From Lingula anatina (lineage: Eukaryota > Animalia > Brachiopoda), in contig CM120641.1 in assembly GCA_051362555.1 (NCBI GenBank), positions 14,074,001-14,138,000 on the forward strand: a stretch of 64,000 bases of DNA. The letters are read 5' to 3'. This document shows, in pieces, positions 38,788-53,200 of the stretch (its first letter is position 1; each line of letters starts with the position of its first letter). A program made the position numbers and the translations under genes. Under the pieces are notes generated by a model, which was not told the DNA's origin, searched no databases, and was given only the letters and a program-made list of their open reading frames with translations.

Positions 38788-39969
38788 TATTTCAGCTACT
38801 AGCCTATAGGTCCATCATTAAACAGCCAACGTGCAATATGACAACTTATACGACCGCATTAAAACATTTTCATATTTTAATATTATGTTAAAACATCTAT
38901 TTATATACTTCAGGCTAATAATGAAAATAACGAAATAATGGAAAACTTCTGTAACTATCATATCTGCCGCAAATACTGTCATGCTGCATACTTGAGGTAT
39001 TTCATTTAACACAACTGATGTAACGGAAATAAACTGTCTCAACAAACACACCGACTTAAAGCGTTCACAAAACGGCTTTTAGCAAAGAAGTGCGAGTCGA
39101 ACTATTTAGACAACGCATTCCAAATTTGACAAGAGAGGCCTATCTATTCAATTTTCTGAGCCAAAGGTGAATAGGCCCTACTTGTAGGCCTCAACAAAAC
39201 GATGTACATGGATGCTAAATATCATGAAAGAAAGACTATATAGCTCGATGGTATATTGCACATCTGCCTTTTTCATTTTCTAATACAATATAATTTTCAC
39301 AATATGAATATGCTCGCCCCCCTCCCCCCAAAATAGCATACATACTTTATCAAGCTCTCGCTCTCCCTCTCTCTCTCTCTGAAGCGCACATTCAAGTGAA
39401 ATATCGATTACATTTCAGACAATTTCATTTCAATCTTTATAAATGCTTTTCTTTCGTGGCAGTACTCCTATATGAACGGAATGGTAGTCCTTTTACACAA
39501 GTCCGACTGGACTGGTAATATTAAAAGGATAACAACTGTTCATTTTGGCCAAAAATGGATTTTCCTGGGGTAAAGGACAATCTTTCCATACTAACCAGAG
39601 GTGAATGAATCCATTCCCACATTCAAAGTTAGTCCCCGTTTTTTTTTCTAAAAAGTTTTTTTTTTTTAATATTCTCTTAAGAGATTTTTACAGAGTGTAG
39701 CCAACTATGGAGGTCACGTGAACGACGGCAAGAACAAAATCCATAATAATTGCGTTAGCTGCCATTTGGGTGGTAAAATAGAATTTATTATATTTGTATC
39801 AGTTGTTTCATCGTCTCCAGTCCCATCCAAGGCATGGGACTCCCTACCGGACGACGGTGCCCTACTAGGTGCAGAGCACCCCTTCACGTCGTTCATTCGT
39901 TTCGGATTTGTGTGTTTAGTCATGATATGCAAAGCAGAAATACTTACGGTAGGTTGCCATTACTTTCCA

Positions 39970-40225
39970 CAAGCGCAGTGCCCGTCACACGGGCGGAGGT
40001 CTCAGCCATTGTACCCTTGGTGCTATCCTCTGCCTGACACCGCGAGAAAGTCGACCAGTTCTGAAGTCCTTCCGGCTGCCCTGCATCCGTCACCTGCTGC
40101 CATGACGGTCCTTGGTGGATTGTCTATCAAAGGCTATCGAACACCACCTTCCCGGGTTTGAAATCAGGGTTTGCCTCCCCTAGATGAGCTGCTCTCCCAA
40201 GCTGACGAGCCTCATCTGCCCGATA
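39970..40225 (-). mobile_element. GC-rich fragment resembling the structured 5' UTR of an RTE-clade non-LTR retrotransposon
   Basis: Minus strand GGGCAGATGAGGCTCGTCAGCTTGGGAGAGCAGCTCATCTAGGGGAGGCAAACCCTGATTTCAAACC resembles the RTE 5' motif as I recall it (AGATGAG/CTCATCT stem). No RT ORF follows. Confidence 0.55.
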
Positions 40226-43200
40226 TCAGTTGTTTACACTGTATTTATTGTGAAATATGGATATCTACGAACGGTATTTAATGCAAGTCCTAGGTCTCGC
40301 GTTTTTAGGGATGGATGTCCTAGGAATATACGTTACTAGGATTTAACGTCCATGTGACAACAGATACCAAAGAATGCCCACGGCTGAGAATGTAACTCCG
40401 GATTGGGCCTGTTTTTCTGATCCGATTTATACTAGGAACATATGTCCTAATGACTTTCTTTCTCTGACATAAAAATTGATATAAATAGGAAATTGTAAAT
40501 AAAATTGCATGTTTCAATTAATACTTATATATTTTTTCCAATTAATTGAACGGATTAAAATATTGTAGAGAAGAAGACTTCACATACATTTTTTTCACTA
40601 GTCAAAAAATCAATTTAGGTATCTGATTGCCGATAAATGTGAGCAGAAAAGTATACGATTTCCCATCAAGTTCAATAGTAATTTTAAAGGGTTTGCTTCA
40701 TGCCGTCAGAATGGCCTGAACGGAACATATTCTTCAGAAAACATGCCCAACTAACGATATCTTTATCCAAATACACAAATTAAAAGCTCATTTTGTAAAT
40801 TTTTGGCTTTAAAAAACGTCCTATTTGCTCGGCCTGGGAGTTAATGAGCTACGTGGTCACGTGGTCCAATGACGACAATCGAGCCACTGGAGAACAGAGC
40901 GTGCTTAGCTGTCAAACTGAGCTGCATTGTCTACCTGTAAGATGACTTCTCTGGCTTCTGATAAAAGTTTATACTCATTCAAATCTCTTACCCGAGGGGT
41001 CTAAATCCTCGTGAAGCTGTGTAAAACCATTTCCCGTCTAGTCATTTCTTTAACAAGCATTTCATTATGGTTATCCCAAGTTGTATAAAACACTGCATTT
41101 GAATGAGTTAAGGGAAATGTTGATTATTGCATATGAGGTCCATGTTATTTGTGAAATTCAATTTATTTTATTAAACCGCTGACACTCCGTCTTGCATACT
41201 TTTATTAAACTGAGGTAAACAATGCCCGTTACCTTTACAAGTCCTATCTTAATCATCCATCTAACTGGAACTTCCTTTACCTCTTAATTAGAGGGTTAAA
41301 TGGCATTCAATTTGTCTTGCTTGTATCGAACGCACTCTCTATCTAAGCTTTACTCCAGTTATCTCAGGTAAAAATCTACCTGTGCGTTAGTTACAAAGCG
41401 CAGCTCCCGTAGACCTGGGGGTACTAGATAAAATCTGAACACCAGGTTTATCGAGGAGCTAGAGAAAGAAAGGAAGAATTTTTCCTGCACAACTTCATAG
41501 GAATTTTAACACGGACTTGATCCAGCTTAGACCTCCAAACTAACAGGGTGACATGGGCAATTTTCACAAACAAATCATAAAACTATATTTCAGTTAACCG
41601 CCTTTAAAATAAATATACCGTTCTGGGTAAATTAAAATAGTTATTAAATCGCAAGAATATTTTTGACTTAAATGATGATTTTATTATTAATGGAAATTAA
41701 GCTACTATATGAGGTACATTTGCTGTGATTACGCTGTCCTTCATGTTTTGCGTAAGTCTACATTTTGTTGTATGTGCTTGTAATCTTTTTAAATATGTGC
41801 GTACAATTTTTGGAGGTCTGGTTACCCCCCTGTTATGTGATGAGAGTATTAATTTGGCAATTAGTTCCTTAGCTTATTTGAATAGAATTGCAGTGTTAAA
41901 TTTTCAACAAGATGTTGGCGAAATAGCCCATTACTCTTTGTAGGTATTTCCCCCGTCAAAGTTTGTCTAAAATTATCTTTCAATCTTTACTCTTTCAAAG
42001 ACAGTATAAAGTTACCTGACATATTTTCGTGTAAACTTAATGACAAGCCAAGTGTCTCCAGTTCATTCCGTACTCAATTTTACCCAAGCAAATTTTTTTC
42101 TTGAGTAGATCTTTATAGCACGGTGTTATAAGCTTACAAATTTGCAAAAAAAAAAAAAAAAAAAAAATTGCGTACTGACGCAGAATTTGCGTTTCAAGTT
42201 ATAAAATAATCAATCTTTTAAATTATTTAATATTTCAGATGAAATAATCTTCAGAAACAAATCCTCAAAGCATAAACGAATTAGGATAACGCACCATTTT
42301 ATTATAGCAGTTCCCATTTTTTCTTTAATATAACGCTCTTTTTCCTGTTTTTCCTCAACACTTTTTCTTCCACGGAAGCTTCAAGATACCCTGAGAGCAA
42401 TTTCTTTTATTAATGTTCGCGACAGTGTTTGAACTTAATTGTTTAAGTATTGATATTTAACGTCATTTACAAATACCAATAAAATAACCCCATGAAATAA
42501 ATGAGATATATTGAAAAATATGAAAGCCCACCAAGACGAGTTTCATACCTGTTATTACCTGGCTTGGGAATAGCAGCGGTGCATAATTAACAGGTTTGTT
42601 GTAAACGAGCTTTTGGTCAACTACAATGCATTTAAATTGCATCAGCAATCAGTAAGTTTGCCAACTGATGACAGTTAATCTGAAAGACTACCAGCTCTTG
42701 ATATGATCTAAACCACTTGAGGTGACCATGATCTAGAGCATCGCAACTATTGTCACCGAAGTTAGTAAGTCACGGAAGACCGTCACAGACAAAGAAAGAT
42801 TGTCAACGAGAGCTGCAATTTTGGTGAATCCCACGGCAACACACCGAGGCATAACGAAAATTCCTCAACTCCGTTCAACACAACTTTCCTTAACTTCTCC
42901 GTCTTTATGCACCATGCAGCTCAGTTGAGTCTCATAGACCTTTATCGTGATTGTCGTCACAGTACCACGTGACCCAGATCTGTTGCTTCATTTTTGCATA
43001 TTGAGGTGAGGTTTACTAAAACGCTTTTTTTTCTACTAATAGATTGTTTTTAAAATTTTTGAATGGCGGGGATCGATTAAAACATACCTCTAGTGTATAG
43101 ATTGAGTGCTGTATCTTCAAAATTCGAGAAATGGATTTTTACATGAACATTGTCCTTTAACTGTATCTCTTCTAACTAGTTTTTTTTCACACAGTGAATG

Positions 43201-44682
43201 TTAGATTTTCTGACAATGAACGTTTCAGGATAAATACATAACTACTACTCTCTAACTTGATATGCATGAAGTACCGAAGTAATGTACGTCCAATGCCAAA
43301 GCAGCATTTTTCTCCATTTAAGATATGATTTTAATATCTTACTAAAATGAAAATCGAGACCAGTTTAGATGTGCATTTTGTATTTTCTAACAGTAACTAC
43401 CGGTATTCTATTTTTTTTAAATAAAAAATGTGAATACTTTCATCATCATTACTTAATCTTAATGTACATTTTTTATGAATTCTTTCTTTTTTCACAAATG
43501 TAATGCAATATCATTACAATTATTAAGGACACACATGGTAGGATTTAGAACGCTTTCCCAGTGCATGGATCGCGTCTTTTTTTTTTTTTAACTTATCTGA
43601 AAATTAATATACAGATATGAAACAAATGGTATTAGTTGAAACATGGTCTTTATCGTGACTTTCAAGAACCTGGCTTATTCGTAATTCTTTTAATGCAGAA
43701 AATTCTCATAACTTTCAAAATATAAAAATAAACCACATCTACTGAAAATCAATTATCCCACGCAGTCTGTCATCTATGCATAAGTTGGGTTCAAATTTGT
43801 TTGAAGACTTTGGATTTTGATGTTTTTTTAATGAATTAGCAACTTTCAACTTTAATCAAAAAGCAGATATCACCATTAAAAGAACTAACTGGTGTACCAA
43901 ATTTCCTGAATTACAGCATGCAAACATTTCTTGAGGTTGTTATATAACAAGTTTTTTTACAAATTGATATTGTTTGCATCAATATTATAACAAAAATATA
44001 GTTTAGATGAAAATAATTTCGAGTTTTAAGCCTGAAAGTATATTTTATGATTTGACTAAAAAACTTGTTTGGCTAAAAAAATTGATTTGGCTAGAACAAA
44101 ACTGAAATTTGGTCAAAACAAAAATATTACTGTTGCTATGCCAGGGACCAAAATGTTGACTTCCCTCAATTCTTTACAAACCTCAAGGAATTAAATTTTA
44201 AAAAATAGGTCTCAAACATTTCTCATATTAAAGAAATTTCTATCATGAACAATGGAAACAAAATCAGCATAGGGGAGTAAACATTTTAACATCCATGAGC
44301 ATACTCCCCTAGACATATTAACATATCAATAGTGACTAGTCTAGAGGCGTTGTGTACACTCATTTCGGTTTATTGTATATGTTCACATATATCTGTCAAA
44401 CTGTACATTTTTCTCAGTATATGCTGGTGCAGTAAAAACAGATATGTAAATTTATTTGCACTTTGAACCATCAAGTTAAAAATTTTATCAGGGAAAAAGT
44501 CTAAAAAACAAGAAGAGCATGTCCATTTTCAAAAATGATGAAATATTTTTTTTTTGGCAAGTGAATAATCCTAGTGAGCTTGAAACAAAAACAGCAACAT
44601 TTGGGAAAAAACAAGAAATGAATATGGCTTTGACATCTGCTCTGGAAACACAGACAGACTCAGGTGATGGCAACATGTATAC

Positions 44683-44785
44683 ATCCTGGAAAGCATACCT
44701 GGTACTATCCATTCCATCTCTTCCAATTTTTTCCTGTATGTAGTCTTTAATCCTATATAGAGCAGCATTTCTGCAGAGTTCTCGC
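44683..44785 (-). pseudogene. Partial duplicate of ATAD1 exon 9 (3' part with donor site)
   Basis: ATCCTGGAAAGCATACCTGGTACTATCCATTCC...AGAGCAGCATTTCTGCAGAGTTCTCG is about 90% identical to 45452-45554. Confidence 0.85.
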
Positions 44786-45023
44786 AGCTTTTACTTAAAC
44801 ACGTAAACAACATTCAGTTTTCTTTTTCAATTTTGTCAATTTTGTGTAGTTGACAACGCAGCAGATCAACATGGTTGGATATTAGAGATTTTGTGGTATT
44901 TACATTTACAATTATAATTTAGCTTTCAGCATACATAAATATGACAGAAACTCAGGAAGACAATTTTTTGGGAACAATGCCTATTACAGCATCATGTAAG
45001 AAAAAGACATTTACCAGTTGATC

Positions 45024-47155
45024 TTAATCTAAGTGAAAGTTTGTCTGTTGGAATCCATGAATATGAGTGCAGTTTGTCATCTTTTCCAGTGATTTTTCTA
45101 TATCTGCCATACTGATCCTACGAAGACTAGGTGAACCGTTTTCATCTGGGAAGGTGCTAAAATAAAAAAATTCTAACTTTCTGGTTACAGTTACACAAGT
45201 AAGTTTTTCAAAGTTTTTCTCTTTTATATATTTTGAAATATTATGTTATATTTATAATCTAGGATCTAAGGAGGCCAACTACAAACACTCAAGTCTGACA
45301 ACGTACAGACCTAAATATTTCAAAAGTAAGACAAGCACAAGTATCTTGATAAGTCAAAGTATAAAACAATCCAAATTCAATCCACAGAAAAATGATGCTG
45401 CTGTCGAGCTACGAGCCTATCATAAAATTACCAACATATGCAGCATCCTTTATCCTGGAAAGCATACCTGGTACTGTCCATTCCGTCTCTTCTAATTTCT
45501 TCCTGTATGTATTCTTTAATCCTGTATAGAGCAGCATTCCTGCAGAGTTCTCGTAGGTCACTTCCAGAGAAGCCATTGGTAAGCTTGGCAACTTCAGTAA
45601 GGTCTACACTAGGGTCCAACTGAAACAAGAAGTAAACATATACAACATTCTTGAAATAAAAAAAAATCTCTCTCCATTTTATTATCATTTAGGGTGGGTA
45701 AATGAATCTATCATATCAGCTAGTGTTCACCAACTCCACTGGACTCGAGATGAATGAAGTCAGATTAAAATGCCTTCTCTTGTTTCCAATGTACTTGTAT
45801 TATCACCAGCTCTTTTGCAATCTACTCAACGCCTGCATTTAGTGATGATACAAATGTACAAATAAATGGATGAACTGACAGACAGGCAGGCAGGATAACA
45901 TGATCCCCGACTTTTGTCACCAAAGTACAGGCATAAAAATGTACATGCATATGCTAGCAGAAATACCAGAGGCCTTAAAAACAAGGGAATCCACAGGTAA
46001 TGTTTTATACACCTACCTCTTCATCTGCCAATATGATTTCCAGAATATGCTTCCTCTGGTTTTGACCCTTAAACAAAACATACACCTAATAACATTTTCA
46101 TTAAAGTGGGACTTCAAATAAAACATTCATTTCAATTATTAAAGCTCATACTGTCATTCTGAGTGTAGAAAATAGATATAACATTTTATCATGCATATTG
46201 ATAATATATTACATACAGGTTTTGCAATATGAAACATGCTGGGCATTCTCCTCAATATTGCAGGATCTACGTCTGAGGCTCTGTTTGTGGCACCAATAAT
46301 CATCACCCTACAGTTAGGGTCTGTCACCAAGCCATCCCATAATGTCATAAACTGGGTTTTCATTAGAGCTGTAGCTTCATGATCACTCGAGTTTCTTGAC
46401 CTCAGAAATGCATCTGAAATTTTAAAATGGGCTTACAATGGTTCAAAATTGATATTTTACCTTATTAACAATGGTTCATTAACAAGCTGTCATTTGCAAG
46501 GATTAACAGATTAAAATTGGCATCAAAAGAAGGCCTATGCTTTCCAGACTACTAGATGACACAATTTTTGGGAAACGGTGGGTTGGTTCATTGGAATGAC
46601 CTGAAGATGGCCTAGAAAACTACCAGAAAGTAATTTGATATACTTAAAACTACTAGAGCACTGTTACAGTATTATACATAAAATCACATATTTCTGCTTT
46701 TTTAGATACTAGACAAGCATACCTATTTCATCAATGAAAATGATGGTTGGTTGAATCTTGACTGCCTGAAAAACAAATGATAAACACAAAAACATGAATA
46801 AATTTAAATATTGAATATTTCAGACTTGTAATATTTTCACAATATTTCTGTAAAATGCATAAATTCTTAGATTTCAAATGATTAACAAACCAACAAAAGT
46901 TTCCTTTATAGTTGAAAATTTGGGGAATTAAAAAGAATCAATGCTCACACAAATCTTTGTTATGTACATTCAGACAATGCTCAAATTACCAGAGAAAACA
47001 CTGCTTCTGCACGCTTCTGTGATTCTCCATACCATTTATCAAGCAGAGATGTGATCTGGAGGTTTATGAATCTTGCACCTGGGAAATTTAAAGAGTAATC
47101 CCTAAATGAAACACACTTACATGATATATATAATTAATTCTGTATATCATTACAG

Positions 47156-47209
<54 letters not shown>

Positions 47210-50200
47210 TGCATGGCTTATTCCAATATTTTAAATAGTACATACTTTTCTTAGTTTAAATTAATCATCATGAAAAAGTATGTTTGAATATTTCTAATAA
47301 GGGCTAAATTTTCATTTGGATAATAAGCTGAATAATTACAACAGTCAGAAACATACAATTTCCATCACACTTTCATGGTCAGGATTTTTTGTTCAAAATC
47401 AATAATCTCTTGAATAAACTAAACCTCCTTGGGATCACAGACTATTATTAGAACCAAGGCCTGCATCACTGAAAAAGAAGTATTGAGTTTGCATGCATAG
47501 CTGACCTCAAGAATCAATGCAGCTTGAGATTTTTTATAGTTTGATGACATGGTGACATTTATTGGAGAAGCTATGGAAGTCCTGTGCTCTGATCTTGTTT
47601 TTTAATTGAATAATTCTGTATATCATTATAGGTCCATGCTTGGAGACATATTGCTTTTCTTAGAAATATCAATTTCTAGGTGCAGTGTAAATAAGCAGAT
47701 GAACTGGGTCAATGGGTTCTCTTCATAAAAAAATACCTAGAAGCAACTACTAAGAAGACTGTTTTCACTAGACAAAACCCCCGACTAAGAAAACATCTTC
47801 TTAAAAGTTTGTTGACAGATAAAAACCAGTTTAGCTAAAACATTTTTATTAACATCACACAGGATTTTAAAACAGTAAGCTGTAAGTATACTACTTTTTG
47901 GAAAAACTTACCAGGTCCCAAATAGAAGTTGTTCATCAGTTCAATATGTGCGTTATACAATGAATGAAAGGCTAAGGTCTTCATGTATGTAAACTTTTCG
48001 TGAAATGTGTTGAAAATGGTACAAAAAAAAAAAAAAAGGCAGCAAAGCTGTTAAATGTACAGCCGACAAGAAAGAAAAATAATCCAATCAATGAGCTGTA
48101 TGTCAATCATTCTTGTAAGGGTTTTCATTTTATTTGTATAATGATAGATAAAATATGCAGAAAATAGTGAAAAAAAAAACAGCATTACTTTTTGAAAAAT
48201 CGTCTGATCAGGCTGATTTTTGAACTTGAATTGTATTTTTTTAATATTCATCAGTTCTATAAGTTCGAATACAAAAGGTAAAAAGGTTTTCTTGTTATTT
48301 GTACAGACACATCTGTGTCCGTATATAACCAGCTGAATTCTAAAAATAATTCATCCAAATAATTCAATGAAGAAAAAAAAATAGAGAGAAAAGTTACCTT
48401 TCAGTGCTTATGCATGCCAACACCACTGTTTTCAAATCCCTATATATGTAAGTTTATTGAACTGTGATAAAAGGCGCATTCAGATTCGCACATCGTACTT
48501 GCTGGGTATGGTCCAACTCTCCATTCCTGCTTAAGTGCAATCAGTGGAACCATCTTAATCAGCACCCAATAGTTAATTACCCTCCCTCCAAGATGCTTCA
48601 GGAGGGGTGTCAGACAATTAAGCTGATCCCAATAATTGCACTTTAGCAAGAATCCCTTGCAGAGTTGAACCGACCCAGCTAGTACGATGCTTGAATCTGA
48701 ATCCAATGCTTGCGACAAATATTAAAACCTTTGCACCATGAAATTGCGGTTCATGTCTTTATTTGGTGTTGGCGATCACTAACCCACGGCTCGAAATCAC
48801 AATGAGCAATTATGTTTCTAAGAGCGCATTCTCAACGAATTAAGCCAGGCTTTACAAAGCCGGTGACCTAAAAATGGCGGACGTACATGAAAGAAAAACC
48901 GCCTAATCTTTTAATAGTCTCTCCGCCTCTCACACGCCTCCCCACACGTCGTCCCTGCGGGGTACAGTAATTAAATCTCGGCTCCGAACATTAATATTTC
49001 CGTGAATATCTCTGGTGATATTATCTCCGTAGATAGTGGATTCATTGCTGCTCTACGGGCCAAATTATTCCTTTTTCGTCTCTGTTTTCAAAGATAATAG
49101 AACAGAAGAGCTTTTTTTCTTCGATCGCCTTCAGCCGCCATGCTTTCTTCACCACGAGCTTAACTGATGAGCATGCGCACTTAATATTTCTCAGGTAGCT
49201 TCCGCATGGCGAACGGAGACGCGATTTAATTAATGTACCCCGCAGGGACGACGTGTGGGGAGGCGGAGAGACTATTAAAAGATTAGGCGGTTTTTCTTTC
49301 ATGTACGTCCACCATTTTTAGGTCACCGGCTTTGTAAAGCCTGGCTTAATTCGTTGAGAATGCGCTCTAAGGCCTGAGATTATAGTATACATGTACCTCT
49401 TACCTACAAGTAGACATGCTCTACATTTACAAGTCAGTCACTGTTCAAGATAAATTAGTACTAATACTAGTATTGTTGATTCTACCTGCTTCTTTAGCCA
49501 TTGCTTTGGCAACCATAGTCTTCCCACATCCTGGAGGCCCGTACAGCAGCACACCTAAATTACACCAATGAAAAAAGGAAAAACATTTACATTTATTATT
49601 ACTCCATGTTCATGACCAACAAGGTTCTATATACAAGAAGGGTTGCAAGGCCCTTTAGTCGTCCCCCTCCTCATACCTCGAGTGAAAAAAAGCATGGTTA
49701 CAGCCTTACTATTATTATAATTAAAAAAAGGTTATATGTTATACAGTAGGAGTCAGATGGCTTCATATTATCAAAAAAAAAATAAACAAAAATGTACATT
49801 CACAGAACATGTGTTAGAAAGAAGGGCTGCGTGGAGAAGGATTGACTTATCATCAATGTTTTAACATATTAAAATATGCCTGTAGAATGCTGCATCACAA
49901 AACTGGACATATGCTTAAATAATTCATATTTTCTATACTACATGTACATGATATTCTTGTGTCATACATTTTTTTCTAGTTTACAATTAGTATTTAGAGA
50001 AGACCATTACAAAAAATTATGATATGACTAATTGCCATTATTCCTTTGTATCTTAAATGTGACTGAAAATTCTTTTGTGTTCTTATTTTAGATATAATAT
50101 ACTGGTGCTGTTTTTATTTTCAGTGTACACAAAGCTGTTTAGCATGTCCAACATCAATTATCATCTGCTGGTCCCAAGCATAGGACAAAGAGACATTTCC

Positions 50201-53200
50201 GCAGTTAATATGCCTTCTTCCTCTCCCAGTTAACACCGACTAATGTATTCAAGAGAAATTTTAAGTAAATTTCAGCTCAAGCCCCAGAAGAAAAAGAACT
50301 TGTCAGTGACCAGTTGAAGGAAAGTCTTAAGATATTCTACAAATTCATTTTCAACTTAATACCCACACTTAATTAAACTGTAAAACTCCTGCTATACTTT
50401 TGGGTCATTTGGTGCAACATCAGCAGAAACAAAGAAAAGTATGGATTTTAAACCTACGGTATAAATATACCAGTTGTGGCAAATGAACAAGAGGGATATT
50501 TAATTGATTCCAGATATTGACACAACAGAACATTAATGTGATGACACGCATCACATTAAGGGGTTACTGATTCTTTTCCAGCTTATCATAGCTGATGACT
50601 GAACAAAGAATTCCAACTTGTTTCAAGATCTTATTAAACTTGTATATCCTACATTTCCAGTGACCTGACAGGAGTAGTACCAACCCATCTAGACTGGTCA
50701 TACATTACAATTATTAATTTAAAGGCAAATAATTAATTAATTTCAAATACTTTTTTCAAAAGATATACAAGTTTAAAGTAGAGAAAAAAAAAACAATACA
50801 AAGCTCACCCTTTGGAGCTCTCAGTAAACTAGACCCCATCACCAAATCATGTCTCTTGAAAGGGAAAATCACTGTTTCTCTAATATCTTCTTTTACTTCT
50901 TGAAGACCACCAATATCTGTCCAGTCCATCTCAATGCTGCACAAATCCACAAGGTTGGCAGCCACACATAATTCATAATCTGTTAACTTCTGAAAATGTA
51001 ATTAAACAGTGAATCAGTATGAAATAAAAATAAAAGATGTGCACAATTCATGAAATGATTTAAAGATTTTACTCTTAAAGTTTTAAAGATTCTGCTCTGT
51101 GTACGTTACTTTTTGTAACCATAAACCATGCACGTTTAAGTTGATAAATTATGAGATGCCAGTTCTTTTCAGCTTCATGTAGGATTTATGACTCAGTAGT
51201 TCACTTAAATAAATCCCCCCCACCCCCCATAAGCTTTTAAGGCGTATGCCTTGAGGATTTTACAACCGAAAATTCAATTCAAAGTTCCATCTTAAATATC
51301 AATAATTATCTACACAAAACCCTTAACTGTCACAGGAGGGGTTTTTGTCATTTAAACATAAAATAATATATATACCTTTTGAACATGCACAAACTGGATG
51401 GATAAAATGAGCATGATACTTTTTATGTCATAAAATCTTAAATTTCAAATTTCCCTTCAGAAGTGCAAATTTAGAAAACTCTTTTACTTTGCACCAAAAT
51501 GGTTTTTGTTAAATTAAATTATCATTTTAAAATCAATTCTGTTTTTTTTTTTCATGCATAGCACAGTTCTAAAATTGACCCAACTGATGCAAAGCACTTG
51601 TGACCACTAAAAGTGCACATTAACTTAGTTATTCTATGGACACTAACTAATTCAAAGGCACAAAGCCAACTTACCACTGTTTCCTTCACTCCAATTTTCT
51701 TCATAAGATCTTTTGCCTGGTAACAAATTTAATTATGTGACAATTCAATGATCAATGACAATAACTGTAAATGACAGTTACAATTGTAAAGATTTTTATG
51801 CAAGTTCCCTTGACCTCTTTTTTTCCAAGTGACCATTACAACACATTTTACTTTTAAGTACAATGGCATGAACATGTATTTAAAATAACAAATCACACCT
51901 TCACAAGTTATAGAAAGATATTTGTTAGTATCCAAATTTAGGACTGGCAGTCTGAACATCAAAATTAAAGCATTAACCAAGGTCTTAGACCCCATTCCCA
52001 CAGATTTTAGATCGATCTTTCCCTGTGGGGAGTCTCACTAGATTACTGTCAGCTTAGCCGACTTAAGCGTCTGTCCCGCCTACTAAAAGCTGTAAGGGGT
52101 TAATTAACTGTCGTGCACGCTCGGCTGACTGCAATTTAGCGTGAACCTGCAGGGAGTTAGGTCAATCTAAATCTAAATCTCTGGATCGATCTTAATCTCT
52201 GGGAATGCACCCTTAGTTGGCTTGAAAAGTGGGCCATCAAAGACTATTGAAAACAAGGCCAAAACTAAACCAATCGAGCTAATTTTTGTAATTGATCTGT
52301 ATATTAGTCCTATGAATCAGTCCTGCAAGTTTTTAAAGCAAAACATGAAAAGATATTCTTTTGATATGTATAAGGGTGCCCGGTGGAAAAAATATATGAG
52401 AAGGTATGAGAATCTCCTCCGAGCGCAACTGAGAATTAATTACTGCTTTGGAAGTAACTCACTCGTGCTGCCAGTAATTACGCCGTGGGGTATTCAGGGC
52501 AAAGACCCTGATCACAAGATACCGCAAATAGATTTTTAGATTTTTAGAAAATTGATTTTTCATGTGAATGCAGCTTCAATTTTTAACCATTTCAATAATT
52601 GCACGGTCACAGACAGACACAGAATAACTTTCATAAGAATCATTGATGAAAACTAAGAAGAAAATTACATTGTTCCAATTAAGACAACCAAGGCTGTGTG
52701 GGTGGGGGCATCTTGATAGTCCAAAGGTTCATTGGTCCGAAAAATGGTAACATTTTCATCAGTTCTTTAATTGGTTCAAAGGTTCTAAAGTGAACATTCG
52801 GACCAATGAACCTTCAAACTATTGCTATGGCACCCTGTGGGTTACATCCTTATACCTCCCCACATCTCTACTCCCCCTTCTGATATCAGAATTTTAAAAA
52901 GCTGAATGACAGCTTAAGACTGCATTCCCAGATTTTAGATTGATCTATCCCCGTGGGGAGTCTCACTAGATTACTGTCAGCTTAGCCTGTTTAAATGTCT
53001 GTCCCGCCTACTAAAAGCTGTAAAGGAGTAATTAACTCCTGTGTGTGCTCTGCTGACAGCAATTTAGCATGACCCCCAAGGGAGTTAGGTCGATCCAGAT
53101 GGATCTATCTAAATCTGTGGGAATGCAGTCTTAAACTCCACCAAATGGCATTGTTTGCCCTCCAAAACACCGAACCCCACAACATGGGTGCATGGCTTCA

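Noticed and set aside
39714-40161. 147-aa ORF
   Set aside because: Spans the boundary into a repeat fragment, starts at GTG and has no domain or splice support.
40200-40230. CTGACGAG as a hammerhead ribozyme core
   Set aside because: No correctly placed GAAA or stems II/III could be built.
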